33,403 nt of DNA from Candidatus Latescibacterota bacterium (GTDB lineage Bacteria > Latescibacterota > UBA2968 > GCA-2709665): positions 1 through 33,403 of the forward strand of contig CBDDDZ010000001.1 in assembly GCA_965226795.1 (NCBI GenBank). The letters are read 5' to 3'. Shown here in pieces: positions 1 through 7,320 of the stretch. The notes beneath the pieces were generated by a model, which did not search any database, had not been told where the DNA came from, and saw only the letters and a list, made by a program, of their open reading frames with translations. Each line of letters starts with the position of its first letter. The first letter of the stretch is position 1. Made by a program: the position numbers and the translations under genes.

Positions 1-1
1 G

Positions 2-622
2 CAACGAGGCCAGTCGCGCGATTACGTTTCGCGTGTACGTTACATTACCACGGACGCGATGGATGCAGACGACCTCGTCGAAATGTGGAACGTTATCGCG
101 CTTACTTCTGACGAAGAACTTGTGCTCACCGCGTTGGCGTGTATCGATCCCGGCATTGAACGAATTGTTGCGCTCGGTACTCCCTATAGACGTGATTGGA
201 GTGGTAGCACTGGCCGGTCCGGATTCATAGTCAAACACAGTCGTTTTGAGAGTCCGATACCGATTGGAAGTATGGGTGACGGCATTTGGCGGCTGTTTTC
301 CCTTGCAATCGCGATTACCCAATGTCGCGGCGGAGTACTGCTGGTCGATGAAATCGACACGGGCCTTCACTACTCGGCAATGTCGGACATGTGGAAACTA
401 ATAATCAAGACCGCACAAATATTCGAAGTTCAGGTATTCGCCACGACACATAATTACGATTGCCTTAGCAGTCTGGCTTCAAACGCTAACGTGTGTTCCG
501 GCGATCTGATTCGTGAACCAACTGTGTCAGTACAACGCATAGAACGCGACAATAATCGTGCGGTTTCGTACACCGAGGAAGAAATCAAGAAAGCGATCCA
601 GCACTTTGTGGAGATTCGCTGA
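2..622 (+). CDS. ABC-type/AAA_15-AAA_21 family ATPase, C-terminal part (gene begins upstream of the window)
   Basis: Frame is open from position 2. It contains a signature-like SMGDGIWRL, Walker B/D-loop VLLVDEIDTGLH and H-loop FATTHN. The stop overlaps the next ATG (TGATG). Confidence 0.85.
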   Translation, partial: QRGQSRDYVSRVRYITTDAMDADDLVEMWNVIALTSDEELVLTALACIDPGIERIVALGTPYRRDWSGSTGRSGFIVKHSRFESPIPIGSMGDGIWRLFSLAIAITQCRGGVLLVDEIDTGLHYSAMSDMWKLIIKTAQIFEVQVFATTHNYDCLSSLASNANVCSGDLIREPTVSVQRIERDNNRAVSYTEEEIKKAIQHFVEIR

Positions 623-1272
623 TGGGTGGAGGCAACCCTAAGCGACTCGTCGTCGAGGGTTATGATGACCTGTATTCTGTCCGTGAAATAATGCAAACTC
701 AGATTGAATGGCCGGACACCAGCGAATCCGAGTATCCGATATACATCGACATAGGAAAGAGCGTAAATGAGATTCTGAAAAAGGAGTACATGGGTGTACT
801 CTTGAAGTCGTCAACGATTAGGACTCTCGGAATAATGATTGATGCGGATCAGAACGGCGTCACGAGACGTTACCAGAGTCTGTATAATCTTTGCAGTGCT
901 TCGTTCCCCGATATGCCGAATGCGCTGCCGATTGAAGGCCTGGTCGTAAACAACGCGTCGCAGAAGCGTCTTGGCATTTGGATCATGCCAGACAATCGGT
1001 CCGAAGGTGATCTGGAGACTTTTTTGCGGGATCTTGTACCAGATCAACCCCTGTGGAAGTACGCAGAAAGTTGCTCGGAATCGGCAAAGAAAGACTGGAA
1101 CGCGCCTTATCGCAATGCCCATAGGAACAAGGCGAAACTGTATTCGTGGCTTAGTTGGCAAGACCCGCCCGTTCAGAACCCCGGTAGGGCGCTCAAGAGT
1201 GGGGCGTTAGATGCGACGCTACCCGTAACTCAGTCATTCATAGAATGGTTTCGTAAACTCTTCGATCTTTAG
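622..1272 (+). CDS. DUF3226-like TOPRIM-fold protein, partner of the upstream ATPase
   Basis: N-terminal LVVEGYDD, central IMIDAD, and GIWIMPDNRSEGDLETFL, as recalled for DUF3226-type proteins. Translationally coupled to the ATPase. Confidence 0.7.
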   Translation: MGGGNPKRLVVEGYDDLYSVREIMQTQIEWPDTSESEYPIYIDIGKSVNEILKKEYMGVLLKSSTIRTLGIMIDADQNGVTRRYQSLYNLCSASFPDMPNALPIEGLVVNNASQKRLGIWIMPDNRSEGDLETFLRDLVPDQPLWKYAESCSESAKKDWNAPYRNAHRNKAKLYSWLSWQDPPVQNPGRALKSGALDATLPVTQSFIEWFRKLFDL

Positions 1273-1311
1273 GTTCTGGTTCCGTGGCGTCACTGAAACA
1301 AGGGTATTGGA

Positions 1312-2124
1312 GTGATCATTGACGTCAACGCCTGGGTCGGGCACTGGCCGTTCCGGCAGTTGCGCCACAATACGGTGCAGGGTCTGCTGAGGCTGATGGA
1401 CCGAAGCGGAATCGACCGGGCGGTGGTTGCGTCGGTCCACGGGGTGTTCTACAGGAACGCGCATTCGGCCAACGAGGAACTGGCCCTGCAGGTGCTGCCC
1501 CACCGGGACCGGTTGATTCCGTTCGCCACGCTGAACCCGACGTACGCGGGATGGGAGGAGGATCTTCGCCGGTGTGCCGAGGACCTGGAACTGTGCGGGA
1601 TTCGCCTGTATCCGCAATATCACGGATACGATCCGGACAAGGACGCGGCGCTGGATTTACTGGATGCCGTTGCGGACCTGGGTTGGTCCGTACAGGTACC
1701 GATGCGAATGGTGGACCGGCGACAACGGCATCCCTGGGATATGGCCGATGACCTGAAGCCGGCAATGTTTCGCCGGCTCTTTAATTTGCGGCCGCATATC
1801 CACTGGATGATCCTGAACGGCGCCGGCTTCACCGGGCGTATATTGCCCCCGGACGTCCGGTTCCTGGTGGACATCTCCCGCCTGACCGCGGTATTGGAGC
1901 GCAGCATTCAGGGTCTGACGCAGGCTTGGGGCCCAGAGCGCCTGGCCTTCGGTACGGGCATGCCGTTCAACGCGCCCGCGCCCGCATTGCTGAAATTACA
2001 GATTCTGGACGCGCCCGAGCAGGTCAGAGAAGCAATCGCCTGGCGAAACGCCGACGCAATGCTGCGTTGCGGGCGCCATGCAGGAAAACACGATGCACAG
2101 GATAGACCCCCCGGAAACGTATAG
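1312..2124 (+). CDS. Amidohydrolase_2 family metal-dependent hydrolase
   Basis: MIIDVNAWVGHWPF start, PFATLNP, GIRLYPQYHGY, ERLAFGTGMPF and IAWRNA are TIM-barrel amidohydrolase-like motifs. Confidence 0.8.
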   Translation: MIIDVNAWVGHWPFRQLRHNTVQGLLRLMDRSGIDRAVVASVHGVFYRNAHSANEELALQVLPHRDRLIPFATLNPTYAGWEEDLRRCAEDLELCGIRLYPQYHGYDPDKDAALDLLDAVADLGWSVQVPMRMVDRRQRHPWDMADDLKPAMFRRLFNLRPHIHWMILNGAGFTGRILPPDVRFLVDISRLTAVLERSIQGLTQAWGPERLAFGTGMPFNAPAPALLKLQILDAPEQVREAIAWRNADAMLRCGRHAGKHDAQDRPPGNV

Positions 2125-2166
2125 TCCCTCCACCCCATCCATTTCCATCCCAATCCCCTCAATAAC

Positions 2167-2261
2167 AGTCTCTCCATGCCTTTTAATCAGCTCTTAATCA
2201 CACTAATCACGCGAATCACAGTCCAGCTTTTAATCATCCCAATCACGTGAATCACAGTCCG
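2167..2261 (+). repeat. TAATCACAG-family dispersed repeat, copy 1
   Basis: AGTCTCTCC..TTTTAATCAGCTCTTAATCACA (22-mer at 2181-2202) followed by several AATCAC units. Its end overlaps the stop codon of the minus-strand peptidase. Confidence 0.85.
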
Positions 2262-4874
2262 AATGACCTCGCGAAGATCACAAAGTCACCGAATCCGATG
2301 GTCCCGTCCCCGTCCAGGTCAAACCTCGCATCGAAGTCCTCATCGGTAGACGTTCTGCCGAACACTTCCGCCAACGCGACGAAATCCGCGAACCCGACCG
2401 TTCCATCAGAGTTGAAGTCGGGAGATGGCGGCCCCCCGATGGAAATCGGCTCGAATCTTCTGTGACCCCAGAAACGTTCGCCGCTTCTCCAAAGCCCCAC
2501 GTCGAGCGTATAGTCATCTGACAGTTGCTGTCCGGGTGAAAAAGTGATGTCCGTACTGAATTGACCGTTCACTACGGGCGCGAAGAAACGGGTGTCTGCC
2601 GAGCCGGACCCCCCGGACGAATCCGGATCCCCCCTGAACGTGAAGAACCGGAATTCGATTTGGGATACCGAAGGATCGGAGAGGGCCCCGTCAACCCGCA
2701 CCGGACGATCGATCCGGTAATCGACCGGCATGGGCGCGTCGAGTCTGATTTCTTCGAAAAAGTCCACGGGGATCAGGGCTGTTCCTTCCCCTTTCCTTAC
2801 GACAAAAGGGCTGAATGCATCCTGCGGAAACGCATAATTCGTGTTTCCCCGTTGCCTGTTAATTGCAAATTGGTACACGCCCGTCTGTCCGTGAGTGAAC
2901 AGAACCGTCTTGCTGAATTGACCGTTTATCACAGGTGATGCGAAGCGCACCGATCTGTCGATATCGTCGTGCCAGAAACCGAATGTGATTGCGGTGAGTG
3001 AGGGATCGGATACGGTGCCTGAAAGCCGGATCGCCTGTCCCGTACGCACTTCAACGGGAATCGGTGAGGAGAAGACGATATCGGTAAAGAAGCCGACGGG
3101 AATCGGGGAAGTCTCCGGACCCTCCTGTATGGTAAAGGAATTGAACGTACCGGCCCGAGCGTAGTCTTGCTGGTCTTCCCGTCTCGTTCCGACCTGGAGC
3201 CGGTAGTCACCCGCCTGTTCGTGCGAGAAGAAGAACGTATGGCTGAATTCCCCGTCTCGGACCGGGACGACGTACCGATTCTCGGTGCTGTAATCCTCGA
3301 GCAGGAGCACAAACTGGATTTCGGATACCAAAGGATCGGATACGGCGCCGGAGATGCGAATCGGTCTGTAGGACAGGAAGGGTCCGGCAATGGGTGCGTC
3401 GAGGGTTATGTTTGAGAAAAAATCGGTCGGAATCGAGATACGGGCAAGATCGCCAGGGGGAATCGGGATAAGGACCACCCGCAGAGAACCCTCGGCGTCG
3501 GTTTGAATCCATATGGTACTTTTCCTGTCGTACGACAGGCGCACAAAGGCTGCGGAGAGGGGTTGGACACTTCCGCTTACGTGAGAGGTGTCGGGCGAAA
3601 GGAAAAATTCCTCCGGACGGGGGAAGCGGCGCGCGCCGCTTGTGGTGTCTGCCAGAAAGGGAGTGGTGTAGTTGAGCGCGGTGTTGAGGCCCGACCCGCT
3701 CAGGAACAGCCGCGACAGATATCTTTCGTAAATGTCGGTGATGCGGTCGCCGGCGGCATCTTTAACATTGCGGAGTCCAACATTATTCGTCTGAACCAGG
3801 CGCTGGAGGATTCCCATGCCAAAGTCTTCAATGAGGCTCCGTACAAACAGATAGGCGGCGCCACGGACGCCCGGGTTCTCGACCGACCCGCGCAACGGCG
3901 TACGGTGCGGGTTGGCGAGAAAGCGTTCGATATTCTGTCGATTGTGCGTTTCGTGTCCGCCGACCAGGTCCTCACAGACGTGCGACAGTCCTTCGTTGAG
4001 CCAGCTTTCTTCCGGCCGGCCGTTGCGAATGAGCACGTGCTGGTAGAAGCTGAAGAGGTGTTGAAATTCATGGGCAAGCACGGCATCGGTGACGTCGGGA
4101 TCGTTGAATGGATTGATAAAGAGCAGGTTGATCTGGTCGCCGTTGCCTCCCTGGTTCACAGGCAGGACCGACGCGGCGCTGAAGAATCCGCGTACCGTGG
4201 TGGTATCGTCACCGACTTCGTCAACCAGGTGGGTGTAGAGCAGGTAAACCCTCCCGATGTCCCCCTCACCCGGATCGCGTACGAGCGCGGACGTGACAAC
4301 GGGATGGATCTTTGCGCTGAATAGGTCGACATCCGCCTGGATCCGCGTCCTGCTGACGCGGCCGGTGTCGGCCACGTCCACGTAGGCATTCGCCCGGTGG
4401 CCGCCCGCGAGGAGCACCGCCGTAACGGTCGTATCGGCCACGTTACCGAATGCCGGAAACACGAACCGGCGGGCGCCGACCAGATGCGGCGCGACCTTCG
4501 CCGCATGCGGGGCGATAGCCGCCGGTTTGTTGAACACGCCGGGCCAGGTCCTGCTCCCGTCTTCGAAGCTGGTCTTCCGGACCGCCGCCGGCAGGGGCTG
4601 CCAGGCTCGCGCGAGGATTCCGAACCGTCACGGAATTGGCGCCGGTGGAGTGTCGGAAAACGGAGAAGCTGTATTCTGGATTGTCCTTGAGATCCGGCGG
4701 TTCATCCGCATTCAGGGAATAGACGATCAGCATGTAGTCCCGGTCGGAAAACTCGAGGGTCAGCGGCGTCGATGTTCCGAGGAGGTTAACAGCGACGGGT
4801 TCTCCGATTCTCTGCGCGAAAACCGGCTGAAAGCATGTCAACAACAGGAGGAAGGAGTACGCAAGATATCTCAT
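2252..4874 (-). pseudogene. Secreted zinc metallopeptidase (HExxH, M30-like) with three Ig-like repeats and a C-terminal dockerin-like EF-hand pair, split by a 1-nt frameshift near 4505
   Basis: The signal peptide MRYLAYSFLLLLTCFQPVFA is in ORF 4443..4874. AHEFQHL...WLNEGLS, three IPxDFFxxIxLDAP...GAVSDP repeats and PDFNSDGTVGFADF/FDLDGDGTIGFGDF are in ORF 2252..4537. The two frames join as ...GGYRPA/AAKVAP if one base is removed. Confidence 0.75.
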
Positions 4875-4896
4875 TCTGTACCGCCGGGCAGGCTAT

Positions 4897-4957
4897 AGTC
4901 TCTCCAAGGGTTTTAATCAGCTCTTAATCACAGTAATCATAGTGTTATCACAGTCCG
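4897..4957 (+). repeat. TAATCACAG-family dispersed repeat, copy 2
   Basis: AGTCTCTCCAAGGG plus the exact 22-mer TTTTAATCAGCTCTTAATCACA (4911-4932), ending ATCACAGTCCG. Confidence 0.85.
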
Positions 4958-5165
4958 GTCTTGTCAAGCCTTTTTACCGAACTTCAACAGGGAATTGTCC
5001 GAATGGAGGTCGACGGGTGCAGAAGGCTGCTAAGGGAGCCCGATTGTGTCACTATACGGCTGGGCTTAATGCGGGATATGACACGCTGGCTTTATGGGGC
5101 ACGTCTTGGCGAGGACGAAGATATGCCTGTCGAAGACCAGTCCATCCTATAGTCGCCTGAACTAA

Positions 5166-5270
5166 AGTCTATTCATGAGGTTTTATCACGGCAATCGCGC
5201 CAATCATACAATCACAGGCAAGATCCCCAGAGTCTATCGACGGGTTTCAATCAGGTTTTAATCACAGTCG
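5166..5270 (+). repeat. Two degenerate TAATCACAG-family copies (5166-5217, 5231-5270) upstream of the GxxExxY gene
   Basis: AGTCTATTCATGAGGTTTTATCACGG...AATCACAG and AGTCTATCGACGGGTTTCAATCAGGTTTTAATCACAGTCG. Confidence 0.65.
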
Positions 5271-5328
5271 GCCTCTTCTTTCGATCCATTTGATCGCAGT
5301 AATGACCGTCGGCCCGTGATTTGCTTGA

Positions 5329-5784
5329 ATGTTGGACGTGATAAACAATGAACACAAACATTCAGCGCTTACGGGCAGGATCATCGGATGCGCGATGACG
5401 GTACATACCGCGCTGGGCAATGGCTTTCAGGAGTTCATCTATCAGAAAGCGATGCGGATAGAAATGGAGGACCAGGATATATCCTTCAGCGACGAGCACG
5501 AAATGCCGGTTTATTACAAGAGCCAACAAATCGGTTTGAGAAGAGTCGATTTCCTGGTAGAAGAGTGTGTTTGTGTTGAATTGAAGGCCGTTATCCTGTT
5601 GCAGGACGTCCATCTGGCGCAGGCCATCAACTACCTTGAGGCGTCTGATCTGGAGGTCGGTCTTCTCATCAACTTCGGCGCAAAAAGCCTCGAATTCAAA
5701 CGAGTAACCAACACGAAGTTCAAACAGCGGTCCCAGGGCAACCCCGCCATCCCACCGTCCCGCCCATCCCACCAATCACGGTAG
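5329..5784 (+). CDS. GxxExxY protein (PD-(D/E)XK nuclease-like superfamily)
   Basis: GFQEFIY motif, RVDFLVEECVCVELK, AQAINYL and GLLINFG. The C-terminal tail is low-complexity. Confidence 0.95.
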   Translation: MLDVINNEHKHSALTGRIIGCAMTVHTALGNGFQEFIYQKAMRIEMEDQDISFSDEHEMPVYYKSQQIGLRRVDFLVEECVCVELKAVILLQDVHLAQAINYLEASDLEVGLLINFGAKSLEFKRVTNTKFKQRSQGNPAIPPSRPSHQSR

Positions 5785-5815
5785 CCATAGTTCATCATGG
5801 TGTCAATCCACCCAA

Positions 5816-5871
5816 AGTCTTTCGCTGGGTTTTAATCAGCTCTTAATCACAGCAATCATTATAATCATAGT
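5816..5871 (+). repeat. TAATCACAG-family dispersed repeat downstream of the GxxExxY gene
   Basis: AGTCTTTCGCTGGG plus the exact 22-mer TTTTAATCAGCTCTTAATCACA (5830-5851). Confidence 0.85.
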
Positions 5872-5877
5872 TAGTGG

Positions 5878-5906
5878 TTGACATTCCAAAATCACCGGGC
5901 TATACT
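5878..5906 (+). promoter_or_regulatory. Near-consensus sigma70 promoter
   Basis: TTGACA (5878-5883), 17-nt spacer, TATACT (5901-5906). Confidence 0.75.
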
Positions 5907-5911
5907 GTAAG

Positions 5912-5997
5912 AAACGCATCGATCCTGGTTGGTAAATTCTCTTGATTGGAGGTGCGTCATACGGGCTGTCGCCGTTGGTCGAGGGTGGCGGCCTTTT
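5912..5997 (+). ncRNA. Candidate ~85-nt small RNA or attenuated leader
   Basis: Lies between the consensus promoter and a terminator-like hairpin. ACGCAUC (5914-5920) can pair with GGUGCGU (5951-5957). No credible ORF. Confidence 0.4.
5964..5997 (+). terminator. Intrinsic terminator-like hairpin
   Basis: GGCTGTCGCC / GGTGGCGGCC 10-bp stem (three G-U pairs, viable only on the + strand) followed by TTTT. Confidence 0.55.
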
Positions 5998-6027
5998 CGA
6001 TAACACCACACCGTAGCAATCATGGTT

Positions 6028-6272
6028 TTAATCACAGTCCGCTTTTGCCTTAATCACAGCCATCATTCTAATCATCGTTAATCACAGTCCGCTTTTGCCT
6101 TAATCACAGCCATCATTCTAATCATCGTTAATCACAGTCCGCTTTTGCCTTAATCACAGCCATCATTCTAATCATCGTTAATCATAGTCCGCTATTTGCC
6201 TTAATCACAGCCATCATTCTAATCATCGTTAATCATAGTCCGTATTTGCCTTAATCACAGTCAATCACAGTC
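6028..6272 (+). repeat. Tandem array of a 50-bp TAATCACAG-family unit (~4.6 copies)
   Basis: ATCACAGTCCGCTTTTGCCTTAATCACAGCCATCATTCTAATCATCGTTA is exact at 6031, 6081 and 6131. A 51-bp variant starts at 6181 and a partial copy at 6232. No spacers. Confidence 0.95.
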
Positions 6273-6282
6273 GAGGGGAGCC

Positions 6283-7188
6283 ATGGGCCGGTTTCGTTTT
6301 CTTTGCCTTTTTATTTCATTTGTCCTGTTCATTCCCGGGGGACCGGTGTATGGCGGGGAGAAGGTGGCGCTCAATTTCGTCTATAAAACGGGGCAGTCGA
6401 ATCTCTATAAGAATGCCTGGACATTGGAATATTACAGCGGTCGCGCCGATCTGATCGACGAAGACAAGACGTCCGGCACGGTCGACGTGCGGATCTATGG
6501 AAAATGGAAAAGCAGGGAGGCGGTCAGCTCGATTGAAGAGGGGGCCGCAACCGTTACGGCGGCCGTTCAGAACGCCGAAAGTACGGTGATGGAAGACCGC
6601 GTACAGATAAGCGTGGAGAATTTCCCGTATCTGCTGGATATGTTCAACAATCGGTCGTTCTCGTGGAAAGTGACCTCGGCAGGCGATGTGACCCGATTCA
6701 CGCCCGAATTCAAGACGTATGAAGTGCGCCGCGAAGCGGCGATCAGCGATTTGCACCAGCTCTGGGTGCCGGAAATTCATCCGGTCCTTCCCAACAGGGA
6801 GGTCGGCTCCGGCGATTCCTGGTCCGGGCTGCGCCGCCATGAGATCCCGATTCCGGCGCTGGAGGATAAAGGTCTGGTGGAGATCAACAGCGTTTACGTT
6901 ATGAAGCGGCTGGCGAAGAAAAAAGGCCGGCGGGTCGCCCTGATCGACGAGACCCGTCAGATGCGGTACCGCGGCTGGATATTTTCCAATGCGGTGTCGA
7001 TTATGGTCGAAGGCACGGCCGAGGGGAAGGGCAAGTGGACCATCGACGTGGGCCGGGGGCTTGTGATTGCGCATGAGGTCAAGTTGTCGTTCAAAGAGGT
7101 GGACGTGACCGTAATCAGGGGCAACGTCAAGGTGGAGAACGCGGCCGCCAGGATGAAGTTCTCCTTCAAACGCGAACTGGACGATTAG
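6283..7188 (+). CDS. Hypothetical exported protein (beta-rich)
   Basis: RBS GAGGGGAG, N-terminal signal peptide MGRFRFLCLFISFVLFIPGGPVYG, host-like codon usage. Confidence 0.75.
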   Translation: MGRFRFLCLFISFVLFIPGGPVYGGEKVALNFVYKTGQSNLYKNAWTLEYYSGRADLIDEDKTSGTVDVRIYGKWKSREAVSSIEEGAATVTAAVQNAESTVMEDRVQISVENFPYLLDMFNNRSFSWKVTSAGDVTRFTPEFKTYEVRREAAISDLHQLWVPEIHPVLPNREVGSGDSWSGLRRHEIPIPALEDKGLVEINSVYVMKRLAKKKGRRVALIDETRQMRYRGWIFSNAVSIMVEGTAEGKGKWTIDVGRGLVIAHEVKLSFKEVDVTVIRGNVKVENAAARMKFSFKRELDD

Positions 7189-7320
7189 ACGTTAACGCCG
7201 GTGAACAACAGCGGGTTGACCTTCAAATGAAGACCCTCCGCGGGGGCTTCGATCCTCCACGTGACCTTTCACTGCACGGCGTACGCGCGATCGCGTCCCG
7301 CCGGCATTCGGATTCCGGAG

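Noticed and set aside
4942..5160. Small ORFs (72 aa, 63 aa) between repeat copies
   Set aside because: No RBS or recognisable motif, so they cannot be supported as genes.
2167..5871. Integron attC cassette array
   Set aside because: The repeats are not palindromic, lack RYYYAAC/GTTRRRY ends, and no integrase is present in the window.
6028..6272. CRISPR array
   Set aside because: The units are contiguous and near-identical with no unique spacers, and there are no cas genes in the window.
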